A DNA stretch of 64,000 bases from a virus. How positions within the stretch are numbered: the first letter of the stretch is position 1; the number at the start of each line of letters is the position of its first letter. Under the pieces are notes generated by a model. The model searched no databases. It was not told where the DNA came from and saw nothing but the letters and a program-made list of their open reading frames with translations. A program made the position numbers and the translations under genes. The stretch is taken from the IMG/VR virus record IMGVR_UViG_3300005758_000132, positions 1 through 64,000 of that record. One strand, given 5' to 3'. This document shows, one piece after another, positions 47,237 through 62,332 of the stretch.

Positions 47237-48727
47237 TTAGGCGGCCTTGGTGGCGCAGTTATCGATGATGGCCCACTTCTGCGGCTGCTTAAAGAAGAGC
47301 GCGCCCATCATGTAAATCATGAACGGGATGCTCGCAGAGGTCTGGCCGAGCGGACGGCGGATGGCCTCCATGAGCTGCGAGAAGTAGAGCACCTCAGACG
47401 AGAACTCGCCGATGTAAATCGGCTTGCGGAACGGACGGCGATGGTTGAGGTCGGTCCACGAGGTGTTCGAGACACCGGCGGTGCCGCGAGCAAACTGACC
47501 GATGTAGTCGAACTCGGTGCCGTCCTTCTCAGTACGGTAGACGCGCCAGTAACGGAGCATACCGCTCGTGTTCTTGGTGCCGGAGATGGCTGAGTCATTG
47601 AACACGAAGGTCGGCGCGTCGCCAGCCGCGGTGATGACAACGCCGTTGACGCTGATAGCGCCAGCGGTACCGCGATCACCGACCGCCACGAAGCGGTAGT
47701 CATACTCGCCGACATCGCCAGCGCGGAAGCGGCTGCCAGTAACAGTCGAGTTGACGGTGGGGGTGCCGGACACTGCGCCCACGTTGGGAGCGCCGCCGCC
47801 AACGGAGGTCGTCGGGAAGTTCGACGGCATCGAGATGAGCGGCATGGTGTACACCGGCGCGTCGCCGTACTCGGTGGTGAGCGCAAGCTCCTGCGGGCCG
47901 CCGATGTAGGACTTGACAGCTGCGCCGCCACGATCCTTGGGATAACGGCCAGCAGCGGCGTCGAGCGTCGTGAGGACGCGCTTGACGCGCGAGTCAGTGA
48001 ACGCCTCAAGGTCGAGGGCGAAGCGTCCGTCAGACTGAAGCTCGCCGACAACGTCCTCGATATCCTCAGAGGTAGGAGCCTCGCCTTCAAGGTCGACAAC
48101 GAGACCGCCGCCACCCATGATGGACGAGCGGAAGCCGTTGAACTGGAGCGCCGAAACGCTCGCGTCACCCTCGATAAGCCAGCGCTCGATACGACCGAGG
48201 AGCTGCTTGACGCCGAGCTTGGTGCGGGTTTCAAGGAGCGAAGCGCCGCCGTCGAGACCGCCGGAGAGCACGGCCGCGGTGTCGGGGACTTCGATATTCT
48301 CCGACATGAACTTGAGCTGCACAACGATGCGCTCGAACTCAGCCTCGGAGAAACCATTGATGCCACCTTCCGCGAAGAAGGGGTCAATCGCGTCGCTGCC
48401 CTTGGCCTTCACAAGGGTAGCCTCGTGAATAAGCGACTTGGCAACCGAGACCTTCTCAAGACGGCGCCAGAGCCAGAGGTGACGCTCGCGGAAGCCAACG
48501 TCATTCAGCGTGCCCTGAATGGACTGAGTCTGAAGGGGTCCCATCGAGGCAGTGCCACCGGCGCCGCCAACGTACGAGGGGTCAGGCGGGTAAGCCGCAG
48601 TCTCCGCCTTGTGGAGCGCGTCACGCTCGTACTCGGAGATCATATTGGCAACGCGGCTAAGCATTCCGTCGTTAACACCGGCTCCGGGATTAAATCCGCC
48701 AGCCGTCATCGAGATATTGATACCCAT
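47237..48727 (-). CDS. Major capsid protein (SPO1/Twort-like)
   Basis: LHKA propeptide site, LQTQSIQGTL, IERWLIEGDASV..LQFNG, PQKWAIIDN; strongest codon bias; AAGGAG RBS. Confidence 0.88.
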   Translation of the reverse strand: MGINISMTAGGFNPGAGVNDGMLSRVANMISEYERDALHKAETAAYPPDPSYVGGAGGTASMGPLQTQSIQGTLNDVGFRERHLWLWRRLEKVSVAKSLIHEATLVKAKGSDAIDPFFAEGGINGFSEAEFERIVVQLKFMSENIEVPDTAAVLSGGLDGGASLLETRTKLGVKQLLGRIERWLIEGDASVSALQFNGFRSSIMGGGGLVVDLEGEAPTSEDIEDVVGELQSDGRFALDLEAFTDSRVKRVLTTLDAAAGRYPKDRGGAAVKSYIGGPQELALTTEYGDAPVYTMPLISMPSNFPTTSVGGGAPNVGAVSGTPTVNSTVTGSRFRAGDVGEYDYRFVAVGDRGTAGAISVNGVVITAAGDAPTFVFNDSAISGTKNTSGMLRYWRVYRTEKDGTEFDYIGQFARGTAGVSNTSWTDLNHRRPFRKPIYIGEFSSEVLYFSQLMEAIRRPLGQTSASIPFMIYMMGALFFKQPQKWAIIDNCATKAA

Positions 48728-48768
48728 GTTAATCACTCCTTGGAAATAACCTCACCAGCTGGCAGAGG

Positions 48769-49479
48769 TCAGACAGTCACGTTGATGTCAAAGCGCTTGA
48801 GAATTTCTTCGACCGGAAGCGCAGAGTTTTCCAGCGTCGAAACAGCTTCGCCGATACGGACGATGACGTCCTCGCTGCCGCCGCCCTTCATCAGGCGGCT
48901 CTGCTCAGCGACGAGCGCCTTCTGAAGCGCGCTACGATTAACGGTCGGGGCCTGCGCAGCCGCGGCGGACTTGACGAGACTCTGCTCAGCCAGATCGTTC
49001 GGATGCGGCTTAGCAGCCGAAACAGAGCCGCGCGGAGCGCCGGTCGTAACGAGCTTGGCGTCAAGCGACTTCTTGATCTCATCGATCGAGTTGCTCAGCG
49101 AAGCAACATAATCAACGAGCTGCTCGACGAGCTTACCTTGCGCGAGCGAGCCCTTAACGAGCGCCGGCATGGTCTCATTGGTAAAGGAAACAAGCGACTC
49201 GACATTGAGCGCGGTGCCGCGAAGCATATCGCTCGTGTCTTCCGCCAGCGCGGGGCCACCCTTATGGATAGCCAGGCTGGTGTTGACGTCAATAACCTCG
49301 ACGTCAGCAGCCAGGCGCAGGTCGCTTACGGCGTTGACAAGGTCATCGATGGAGAGGCTGACAAGCCCTTCCTCAGCCACATTACCAGCGGCGACTTCAG
49401 ACTTGACGAGGCGATCGACGGTCGCGGCGTCGAGCCCACTTGCCTTAAGCTGCGCACGCAGCGTCTTCTCGGTCATCAT
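48769..49479 (-). CDS. Scaffold protein
   Basis: Helical protein between protease and capsid genes, with many hydrophobic-x-K[SAG] sites. Confidence 0.7.
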   Translation of the reverse strand: MMTEKTLRAQLKASGLDAATVDRLVKSEVAAGNVAEEGLVSLSIDDLVNAVSDLRLAADVEVIDVNTSLAIHKGGPALAEDTSDMLRGTALNVESLVSFTNETMPALVKGSLAQGKLVEQLVDYVASLSNSIDEIKKSLDAKLVTTGAPRGSVSAAKPHPNDLAEQSLVKSAAAAQAPTVNRSALQKALVAEQSRLMKGGGSEDVIVRIGEAVSTLENSALPVEEILKRFDINVTV

Positions 49480-49503
49480 AGTTAGTTCTCCTAGCTAGTT
49501 GGC

Positions 49504-50307
49504 TCAGCCCGCCACAACGCGGGTCATAATCTGAGAGAGGCACTGCTTCCAGGCAGCGCTACCCTTCAGAGCAGCAGCGACCGCCAGGTCAAGCTCGTTA
49601 AGGTTAAGCCTAACAGCGAGTGCCGTGAGGCGCTGGAGCGGATCAACTTCCACTCCGTTGGCGGTTGCATAATGGGCGGCGTCCGGAAGGAGGGCCGATA
49701 GCCCGTCATCCAGCACCTCAGATTCATTCATGGCTTTACGAAGCATGGCTCGTCCTTCTGGGGTTGCGCGTAAAGACGCGAGGATCGGATCGAACCAAGC
49801 GTCGCGGTTTCTAGGTGCGCCTGTGATAACGACATTGGCGCAGTACCAGCGCTTTACGTCGCGGCGGTCATTCTTGTCACGCTCTTGTGCAGCGCCCTCG
49901 ACAGAATATCCAAGCCTGACGCGGTTAGACGCGCGGTTAATCCTCAGGATCTTTTCCCAGAGCTGCTTGGCAACCGGCTCGTCGTTAATCCAAAGACGGG
50001 TGGTGAGGTAATAGCAGGGAACACCGTCACGGGTCTCGCCCCGCTCAAGGTCCACCGGCTCGCCCACCGGATTAAAGACGCCCGCCGGATGCTCCATAGT
50101 GACGGCGCCAGAGTCGGCAGCAGTCATTTCACCTTTGGCCAGCGAACCCAAAAACGGCGAAAAATCCGCGCCGTCAACGCGTAAAATCTCGCCCTGCATG
50201 TCACGTCGCTCTGACGTACAAATGCCGCGGATGAGCCCCTGCTCGCCGCCCTTGGTGATAGGCTCGATTCCTGGTGTCCAAGTCGAGATTCTTTCGCGCG
50301 CGTTCAT
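49504..50307 (-). CDS. Prohead protease
   Basis: IRGICTSERRDMQGE, TMEH, LGYSVEG, VVITGAPRN. Confidence 0.88.
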   Translation of the reverse strand: MNARERISTWTPGIEPITKGGEQGLIRGICTSERRDMQGEILRVDGADFSPFLGSLAKGEMTAADSGAVTMEHPAGVFNPVGEPVDLERGETRDGVPCYYLTTRLWINDEPVAKQLWEKILRINRASNRVRLGYSVEGAAQERDKNDRRDVKRWYCANVVITGAPRNRDAWFDPILASLRATPEGRAMLRKAMNESEVLDDGLSALLPDAAHYATANGVEVDPLQRLTALAVRLNLNELDLAVAAALKGSAAWKQCLSQIMTRVVAG

Positions 50308-50353
50308 GCTGTCACCGTTGTACTTATTTAGCGACAAAGTCAAGTTGCTCTAA

Positions 50354-51136
50354 CTAGACTAGGTTCCAGTTACTGTCGAACGACTTGCCGGGTGGAATTG
50401 GTACGACCACGCATCTGCAATTAGGGTGCAGCGGAGGTCTAGGCACTGCACCGGACATCAAGTCCTTGACGTCAAATACCTTGGGCGAGCCGCTTTTGTC
50501 CAAAAACGCGCCCTTACATTTTGGGCACGCGTCTTTCTGCGGAACCACCGCGGCCTTCTTGGTTTTGCCTGCTTGTATGGTGGACACGATAACGCCGTCA
50601 TTGAACGCGGCTTGAAGCTCAGTCGTGACGATGCGCTTTACGTCTTTTTCCGTACCGTCAAACACAGGCGTCAGGCGCTCGATAGCCTTTTCAATCAGCT
50701 TATCGCGCGGCAGACCTAGCGATATCGTGTCCGCCAGCACGGAACGGAGCTTGGCGCGCACTGCGTCTTCGATTCCAGTAATCCGCAGCCCCGCACGCTC
50801 GCGCACATATTTCCATGCCTCTAGTTCTGGGGGCTTGAGCCAGTTCGGAAAGGCTTTGGTGGCTGTTGCACCTTTCGACTCCCCGCCAGGTCTGTACGCT
50901 TTTTCAATGGGGGCGCGGTCCTGAATCCAGCGCTTTATGAACTGCACCCACTTTGAGAGCTTCCACGTCCGCGACTTGTTTATGTCAGTATCCGCGAACG
51001 CTAGACCCATTATGAGGCTCAGCTCGATCGGCGATACGTCCCAGTCTTCCAGACCGATAATTACGCCGTCGAGATATGCGCGCCGGAACTCGTCGCTGAC
51101 ACGCGCGGCCTCTTTATCTGGGTCGAATAGCAACAC
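50354..51136 (-). CDS. Head morphogenesis protein, Mu gpF/SPP1 gp7 family
   Basis: RIVTTELQAAFN, ACPKC, PPLHPNCRC. Confidence 0.88.
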   Translation of the reverse strand: MLLFDPDKEAARVSDEFRRAYLDGVIIGLEDWDVSPIELSLIMGLAFADTDINKSRTWKLSKWVQFIKRWIQDRAPIEKAYRPGGESKGATATKAFPNWLKPPELEAWKYVRERAGLRITGIEDAVRAKLRSVLADTISLGLPRDKLIEKAIERLTPVFDGTEKDVKRIVTTELQAAFNDGVIVSTIQAGKTKKAAVVPQKDACPKCKGAFLDKSGSPKVFDVKDLMSGAVPRPPLHPNCRCVVVPIPPGKSFDSNWNLV

Positions 51137-51138
51137 GC

Positions 51139-51660
51139 TCAGTACGCTCGCATCTTCTTGCCCTTCATGACGTGATCGTGCATCGAGTCCATCGCGGCGC
51201 CGATCGTCCCATGAGCCTCAGGCATGAGCTCCTTACCACCTACAGAAGGCGTGTGCACCCATCCGCCACCCTTAGCGGCCTTCGAGAGCATCTCTGTCCG
51301 CAGGTTGCTAAAATTACGCATCGCCACGCTGCCGTTGGCAGGCTCAACCACACCGGAGAAACGGCTCCAGCGCTCGTTCGGCACCTGGTTGTTATCAGAC
51401 GTGAGCGTGTAGAAATCCTTGTATCGGCTGAGCTCGTTGATGCCGAAATCGGGGTACCACGTAAGGTAGGACTCGCTATTGAGGTCACCCTTGTAGCAAC
51501 CGCCCTTCATGCTGCCCTCAAGCGGCTCGAAGCCTTCAGGAGGCATCTTGCTCTTATCAGCGGGCTCAAGGTCCTGAGTCTGCAACGCTTGCAGCGTATT
51601 GGGCTCGAATCCGTTAACCCCGCCCCAACCCATACTAATCGCGTTCATGTTTGTGTTCAT
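51139..51660 (-). CDS. PPxG..WYP module protein (divergent module)
   Basis: PPEGFEPLEGSMKGGCYK...YLTWYPD; ATG 51660 after AAGGGG. Confidence 0.65.
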   Translation of the reverse strand: MNTNMNAISMGWGGVNGFEPNTLQALQTQDLEPADKSKMPPEGFEPLEGSMKGGCYKGDLNSESYLTWYPDFGINELSRYKDFYTLTSDNNQVPNERWSRFSGVVEPANGSVAMRNFSNLRTEMLSKAAKGGGWVHTPSVGGKELMPEAHGTIGAAMDSMHDHVMKGKKMRAY

Positions 51661-51892
51661 CGGACATCCCCTTTTCAAGGTCTCGCCGCAGTGCGTCGAG
51701 CCGTTTCTTAAACCCTTCCTCCAGCGAAGCGCGGATCTCTTCAATCGCGTGCACTTCGCCGTCGCGCGCGGACTTACCCTTGAACAGAGCGTCAGCGGCG
51801 TCAACGAAGCCTTTGTAAATTCGCGCGGCCAGCTCTGTATGAGTCATCGCGTCGAGCTCGCCCGGCGCGTCTTCTTGGATGGTTATCTTCAT
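51635..51892 (-). CDS. Hypothetical head-region protein
   Basis: Coupled ORF with IYKG/LFKG/LEKG sites. Confidence 0.55.
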   Translation of the reverse strand: MKITIQEDAPGELDAMTHTELAARIYKGFVDAADALFKGKSARDGEVHAIEEIRASLEEGFKKRLDALRRDLEKGMSDEHKHERD

Positions 51893-52110
51893 CCGCCGAT
51901 CACTGCTGCGTAGCAGTACTCAGGCGCGCCACGAAGGCGCCACGCGTTGTACTGCTTGCCCTCGAACTCGATGACAGTAGGCTCACCCATACTACGCGCG
52001 TCACGCACGTAGAGGCGGTCTTCGCCTACCACAAACGGAAGGACGTGCCACTCTCCCGCCTCGTCCTTCACTAACGCGAACACGCGCTCGTCATCTTCAG
52101 CAATAGCCAT
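51889..52110 (-). CDS. Hypothetical protein
   Basis: GGAGG RBS; coupled to the next gene. Confidence 0.55.
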   Translation of the reverse strand: MAIAEDDERVFALVKDEAGEWHVLPFVVGEDRLYVRDARSMGEPTVIEFEGKQYNAWRLRGAPEYCYAAVIGG

Positions 52111-52128
52111 AACACGCCTCCCCAGTCG

Positions 52129-56706
<4,578 letters not shown>

Positions 56707-56721
56707 AGTACACCTCGCGTG

Positions 56722-58656
56722 TTAGACGCGCACCTGAACAACGATTGGCTCACGCTGTGAGCCGCGTGAAACGATAGACCAAGGCTTGCCCGGACGCCAC
56801 GTTGGTGGAGGCTTTACTAGGCCTCGCCTGACGGCTTCTGCCACGGGACCTGCAAGGCTCTTGGTGATCTGGTTTATCGAGCCGCCGTGCTTTGGGTCTC
56901 GATACAGCGACGCCATAAGCGAGGCGTCATCGAAATCCTCGAACGGAGCCTCAGGCTCTTCTTCCTCACCGGGCGGCATCTCTCCACCCATGCCCATATC
57001 CATACCGCCACCCTCGCCACCTTGCTGCTGGTTCATGGCGTCCATGGACTGCGCTTGCGAGATGTACGGGTTGGCGATGACGTCGCCGGCGGACCCTGGA
57101 ATAGGCTTGAGGTCGTAGCGAGCGCGGATCTCGTTCACTGACATGAACGACTCTAGCATCTTCTTGTCGATATCGAGCTTCTCGCCCTCAGTCAGCGAGT
57201 CAAAGCCGGTGAACTCGAACACGAAGGTCTCACCGTCCTTGAAGCGCGGCAGGAACTTGGAGTTGATCCAGCTCTCAATCGACCGCAGGCGCGGGCGCAA
57301 GCCACGCGCGCGGCTCATCTCATATCGCTCCGCCGGTCCGCTGCTGTTGAGCGCGGATTGGCCTTCGTTGCCGAACTGCATGTTGAGCGCAGCAACCGGG
57401 TCGACGCCATACGCAGCGCACACCAGCTTGACGTTGTAGAAAAGCCAGTTGGTGAACTCCATCTCCTTGTTGGAGTTGGAGAGGTTGACAGACTTGATGT
57501 CTTCCTTCTGCGACGGGTCGAGCTGGATGATCGGCATCCGGCGCTTAGCCGCTGCCTGCGAAAAGTTAGCGTCGAAGGTGCGGCGCATCGCAGAGAAAGC
57601 GGTGCGGTCCATCGTCGACATGATCGCGAGCAAGGACGAGGAGTGAATGCCGGAGGTGAAGTTGACCGCGTTGTAGTTTTCCGCGCGACCGAAATTGACT
57701 AGCACGTTCCAGAGCATGTGAAGCTCAGGGAATCCGTAGTCGACAAAGCGCATCCCGACACGCGGGTTGCGGATGCCGTAAATCATCTCCGGCTCGTCCC
57801 ACTCTGCCACCACGCGATTCAGAACCCACTGGACGTAGCCAGACTCGCCCCACTGCCCGCGGTCATAGTACTGCTGCGAAGGCTCGCGACGACGCACAGA
57901 CTGCGCATCGTACACGAACATTCCCATGGGCTCAGTGTTGCGGAAGCCAGAGGCCTCTAGGATCTCGATAGGCGCAGCGTCGTAAACAAGCGACTCGCGC
58001 ATGAAACGCCGAACCGTGCCTTCAAAACCTCCTGACTGATACTTACCGCCGCCACGCTCAATTACGCGCTCGATTTCGGTCATCCGCAGCTTCTCAGCCT
58101 TAGTCGGATGCCGGCTTGTGTCAGCGAGCCTCAGTCGAAAGCCAAACGTATGCGCGACCGTCTGGCGCTTGGCAAACTCGCACACCTCTGCGACAGCGTG
58201 ATTGATGACCAGTGCAGGCACTGACATCGACGCCAGCTTCTCTAACATCCACCACGGCATCCCGTCAGTGCCTGGATGCGTAGGATTGAGATTCGCGTCT
58301 GAAGTGATGCGACCTATCGCGTCAACGGGATCGAACGCGTAACCAGCGGGTCCCGGCTCCTCTTTCTTAGCCGCCTTGAAGAGCGCATCAACCGGGTCCG
58401 GTACGTCAAACGCCGGCGATGACGCCGTTGGCATAACAACCGCGCCCATATCGGGCGCACCACCGCCGAGGAACGCTCCTGGTCCTGACTTGACGATAAC
58501 CTCGTCAGGCGCGGTCTGCTCCGCGGCCGGTGTCTGCGCCGTGTCCTGAGGAGGTCTAGCAGCGTCAACAAACGCCTCAGAGGCGCGGCGGGCTAACGAC
58601 CCTGCCGCTCCCCCTAGAGACGCTGCTAAGCTGTTCAAACGGTCCATAATCGACAT
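56722..58656 (-). CDS. Portal protein
   Basis: RNPR..YGFPEL, KEMEFTNW..LVCAAYGVDP, GLRPRL..IN, MSVNEIRARYDLKPI. Confidence 0.92.
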   Translation of the reverse strand: MSIMDRLNSLAASLGGAAGSLARRASEAFVDAARPPQDTAQTPAAEQTAPDEVIVKSGPGAFLGGGAPDMGAVVMPTASSPAFDVPDPVDALFKAAKKEEPGPAGYAFDPVDAIGRITSDANLNPTHPGTDGMPWWMLEKLASMSVPALVINHAVAEVCEFAKRQTVAHTFGFRLRLADTSRHPTKAEKLRMTEIERVIERGGGKYQSGGFEGTVRRFMRESLVYDAAPIEILEASGFRNTEPMGMFVYDAQSVRRREPSQQYYDRGQWGESGYVQWVLNRVVAEWDEPEMIYGIRNPRVGMRFVDYGFPELHMLWNVLVNFGRAENYNAVNFTSGIHSSSLLAIMSTMDRTAFSAMRRTFDANFSQAAAKRRMPIIQLDPSQKEDIKSVNLSNSNKEMEFTNWLFYNVKLVCAAYGVDPVAALNMQFGNEGQSALNSSGPAERYEMSRARGLRPRLRSIESWINSKFLPRFKDGETFVFEFTGFDSLTEGEKLDIDKKMLESFMSVNEIRARYDLKPIPGSAGDVIANPYISQAQSMDAMNQQQGGEGGGMDMGMGGEMPPGEEEEPEAPFEDFDDASLMASLYRDPKHGGSINQITKSLAGPVAEAVRRGLVKPPPTWRPGKPWSIVSRGSQREPIVVQVRV

Positions 58657-58683
58657 TTGGTATCCCCCAGTCAGCCCGCAGCG

Positions 58684-61600
58684 TTATCGTCGACGCGTTA
58701 CCTTGGAACGCACGATGCTACCGGACTTCCAGAACATGGAAACGCCCCGCTCGTCTACCTTTACCCAGGTATTTTCTTCGCCTAGAACCGGCGCGAAACC
58801 TACAGGCGGCTTAGCCATACGAGTGTCCGCCATCAACTTGAGCAAGTCGGGGTACTTGCCGCCGATGAGCATATGGCGCGCGAGCTTGGCCTCAGAGGTG
58901 CCGTTGTACTCTTCGATGAAGCGCTTGAAGGACGCGCGCAAAGCCTCAGTGTCAATCGCGCGCTTAGGCTCGCCGTGCGTCACGTAAGGCAGCACAACGC
59001 CACCGCCAGGGGCCTCTAGCGCGAGCATCATAGCGTTGCTAGCATCCGCCTGTGACCGCCAAGTGCTGCCCTTGCTGACGGGCTCAGATGCCAAATCAGA
59101 GTAGTCTCCGTCCACAGCGCGTTCCCCAAGCGCTGCGCGAATCTCTCTTTCGTACATAAAGTCGTAGTACCAAAGCTCCGCCTGATTCTCGTAAGAAATC
59201 TGCTCGTACTGCATACCGACAGCCTTCTTCAGTTTTAGAAGCGCTGTCTCCGTCTCGTCTAGCTCGCGTAGAAACACAAAATGTTTATTTATTCCGCCTA
59301 GTTTCGACGTTACCTTGGAGTCGTTCTTTAGCTCAGGATGGTTCTTAGGGTCACCTCGATATACCTCTTCAACCGCATACGATCCGCTCAGGATCGTCTC
59401 ATACTCGCCTGTGTGAACGCTCAACTTGTCTACCCGTAAGCCTCTAGTAGCGTTCCTGACAATATACAGCGTTGAGGCGTCACCAGTGCCGCCAAACTGT
59501 GTTAAAACTTCAGTTGATGAACTAGAGCCATCGTTCATCGTAACAACTAGCCCAGCGTGCAACGCTTTGACTGAAAACTCGTTTGTCCTCATGTTGCGGT
59601 AAAGTTTTTTAGGTACAGGCACCGCTGCGGGTCGTCTGTTACCTAAAATCTGAAGAACGGCGTTATTGCGATGAACTGAGTCATCCGGAAAGTTAGGTTT
59701 GATGTCGATGATGTATGGCTTGAAATTATTAGCTGCGGCAGTAGTCCCATCCTTCGTTATCTGTCTTTGCGCGTTATAGACATCGCGCACAGCTTGCTCT
59801 GATATGTTAGGCGCAAGTCCTTGCGATTTATGATCTTTGAGCAAGCCGACGTAGTTATAAGCGTCAAAATAGTTATTTCCATTGGCGTGCAGCCAAATGT
59901 GCGCACGAGCCAACTCTTCCTTGTATTCCATGGTGAACGTCTTCGGATCGCCAAAGTCAGTCGCCAAGTACTTAGCGCCGTCCTTGCCGGTAGCGAATGT
60001 AGCGCCTCCGAGTCCGTTGTCTCCGAGTGCGCTAGACAGCGCTGCGGCGTCCGCCTTTAGCTCGTCCAATAGCGCATTGTTTTTGGCGATGGACACGTTC
60101 CACTTTCCAGCAGTGGGCGACTTCGCCTGTACAGGCGAACTAGGTGCTACCGCTACCGGCTTTCCATAGGACGTACCGTATTGCTGTGTATATGTTTTCT
60201 TCAGCTCATCGATAGTCTTCTGCATCGCTTCACTGTTGATAATTTGTGACGAGGCAGCGTGAAACTCAGCTATTTTAATCGCGTCCTTTTTCAACTCTTC
60301 CGCACACTTGGTGTAAGCGCTAATCAGACGCTTGTTTGTTAGGCTACCCTTATGCTGAGACCAATCTGAGCTGTCAGGCACATAGAACTCGTCGGAAGGT
60401 GGGAGCGCGTCCCAAGCCTTTCCTGCTTCACCTTTAGGCCGCTGAGATTTCAACTTTTTCACTGCGTCCTCTAGCTTCGCAGAGGCATTGTTTCGATCAG
60501 CGGCCGTGGCCAAGAAGTCTATCTTGCTTGAGTATGGCAACTTTCTAGGACGAAATGCTTTCACATAGCTATCATTGGCAACATATTTGGAAGCGCCGGG
60601 GTAGCTTGCCAAGAGCTGCTGAACCGCGTGCATAGCTGCTGATTTAGACTCTGTCTTTTGCTTCTTGGTAGCACCCCATGAAGTCGTTACTTCTACTGTC
60701 TCGTAATTGAGCACGTCTAAGTTCGTTGGCGTTACTTCAGAGTCTTGAATTAGACTAAAGTCCTTATTGTCAAGCGCGTCAATGACGGCATTCCAGTCGC
60801 TCTTATTGGAATCCGTCATGTTGATATTCCATGGATACTTGAGACTACCTGACAAATTTTTGTCCTTGGCTATGTTTACTATAACGTCTCCTAAAGAGTA
60901 CAGTTTTGGAGAGCCGGGCGCAGTAACCGATAAGTTGGTAACGTCTTTGAACGCGCTACCAACTGCGTGATTAGTTTGAGTGATACCAGTAGGCCCGGAA
61001 TACGCCGCGCCTGAACTTGAGCTTGAAGCTATAGAACCTGGTACTTCAAAAAGCTCATGCACGTTAATGGTGGTCTCAGCTTTCGCAGTGAAGCAGTCAG
61101 TGATTAACGCCTTTCCTATAGGCGACTCGTAAAAATTGCTCTCGTATTGGTAGCCGGTAGCCCAGGTGTCGTCAGTAGCCGGCGATTGCTTGAAAGCTGC
61201 TTTAACATACGCAGCACGCTTTTTCAGGAACTCGTCGTAGGAGCTAGCGTGCTTCTCGTATTTTTTGACGAGCATATCAACCATTGTGCTTAGAGCTTCC
61301 GCGGCTTTAATCGTTGCGGCGGCTGCAATAACGGCTTGCTGCTCCGCGGTCAGCTCTATCGGTTTAGCTGCGATCTCTTCTTCGATCTTAGCCGCTTCGA
61401 CGATGACCTTGGCGGGCGTTGCGTCTGGAATGATGTCCTTGACAGACTCAGCAGCCTTCGAAGAAACGTCCTTCGCCTTATCGCCCAGAGCCTTCAAGTT
61501 CTTGATCTTGGCGACTGCGGACTGGAGGTCTGTCTTAGCAAACACCGCTGTGGGCTCGCTTACAGCCTCGTGTCCCTGGTCGAAGATAACATTCTCAGCG

Positions 61601-62253
61601 TGCCATGCGCCTGACGCGTCCTCGTCAAGCTCGTGTGCTTCGCCGGAGTAGAGCGCTTCTTGATTCGGTTCAATCTTCCAACGCGACATGAGCGCTTGCA
61701 GGATCTCCTGCGGCACGTTGCTCGCGCTGTCGATGCTACCGTCAGCCTTGACGCGCATAAGCGAGTAGGTACCCGACACGTCACCGGGCATGACCTTGAA
61801 CTTGGCCTGATGGTCAAGAGACGCGAACACCTTGTTGAACACGGAGTCTTCAAGCGCTGGGTCCGTTGGGTCCCAGTTATCTGCCTTGACCTTGACGATT
61901 TCGTACTGGTTGCCGTCAGCGTCGCCAAGCACAGCGATATTCGAGGTTTTACCGTGTATCGATTGCTCTAGGTTAACAATAATCTCGTGCCAAAGCGCCG
62001 CTTTATTACCGAAAAACTCTTTTAGCGCGTCATAGCTGGCACCTTTCACGTTATAACCAAGCTCGGTCAACAGCTTTCGCGCGTGTAACTCTAAGTACGA
62101 CGTGCCGTGCTTCTCTAAAGACTCAGTTACCTTTTTCTGAAAGTCAGGATCAGGATACCAGTACAGGGTTTTCTTGCCCGTCTTCTTAAACCAGCCGTGC
62201 GAACGACTGCCTGGGATGGGCATGTATCCTGGAGGGGGCTTCTGAGGTTGCAT
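58684..62253 (-). CDS. 1189-aa PPxG..WYP module protein with ADP-ribosyltransferase domain
   Basis: N-terminal module; LYR, SSS, EYE (R-S-ExE ART) near 59300..59620. Confidence 0.75.
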   Translation of the reverse strand: MQPQKPPPGYMPIPGSRSHGWFKKTGKKTLYWYPDPDFQKKVTESLEKHGTSYLELHARKLLTELGYNVKGASYDALKEFFGNKAALWHEIIVNLEQSIHGKTSNIAVLGDADGNQYEIVKVKADNWDPTDPALEDSVFNKVFASLDHQAKFKVMPGDVSGTYSLMRVKADGSIDSASNVPQEILQALMSRWKIEPNQEALYSGEAHELDEDASGAWHAENVIFDQGHEAVSEPTAVFAKTDLQSAVAKIKNLKALGDKAKDVSSKAAESVKDIIPDATPAKVIVEAAKIEEEIAAKPIELTAEQQAVIAAAATIKAAEALSTMVDMLVKKYEKHASSYDEFLKKRAAYVKAAFKQSPATDDTWATGYQYESNFYESPIGKALITDCFTAKAETTINVHELFEVPGSIASSSSSGAAYSGPTGITQTNHAVGSAFKDVTNLSVTAPGSPKLYSLGDVIVNIAKDKNLSGSLKYPWNINMTDSNKSDWNAVIDALDNKDFSLIQDSEVTPTNLDVLNYETVEVTTSWGATKKQKTESKSAAMHAVQQLLASYPGASKYVANDSYVKAFRPRKLPYSSKIDFLATAADRNNASAKLEDAVKKLKSQRPKGEAGKAWDALPPSDEFYVPDSSDWSQHKGSLTNKRLISAYTKCAEELKKDAIKIAEFHAASSQIINSEAMQKTIDELKKTYTQQYGTSYGKPVAVAPSSPVQAKSPTAGKWNVSIAKNNALLDELKADAAALSSALGDNGLGGATFATGKDGAKYLATDFGDPKTFTMEYKEELARAHIWLHANGNNYFDAYNYVGLLKDHKSQGLAPNISEQAVRDVYNAQRQITKDGTTAAANNFKPYIIDIKPNFPDDSVHRNNAVLQILGNRRPAAVPVPKKLYRNMRTNEFSVKALHAGLVVTMNDGSSSSTEVLTQFGGTGDASTLYIVRNATRGLRVDKLSVHTGEYETILSGSYAVEEVYRGDPKNHPELKNDSKVTSKLGGINKHFVFLRELDETETALLKLKKAVGMQYEQISYENQAELWYYDFMYEREIRAALGERAVDGDYSDLASEPVSKGSTWRSQADASNAMMLALEAPGGGVVLPYVTHGEPKRAIDTEALRASFKRFIEEYNGTSEAKLARHMLIGGKYPDLLKLMADTRMAKPPVGFAPVLGEENTWVKVDERGVSMFWKSGSIVRSKVTRRR

Positions 62254-62332
62254 AGTGGTCGCGCTCCTTGGCCGAAAGGTACTCGTGCGGTTTTACAATG
62301 GCAAGTTGTAGAGACCGCACGGCTTATCGGTA

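Noticed and set aside
47317-48387. 356-aa alternative-frame ORF inside the capsid gene
   Set aside because: Ser/Arg/Pro-rich shadow produced by strong codon bias; no RBS or motifs. The same applies to most short antisense ORFs in the track.
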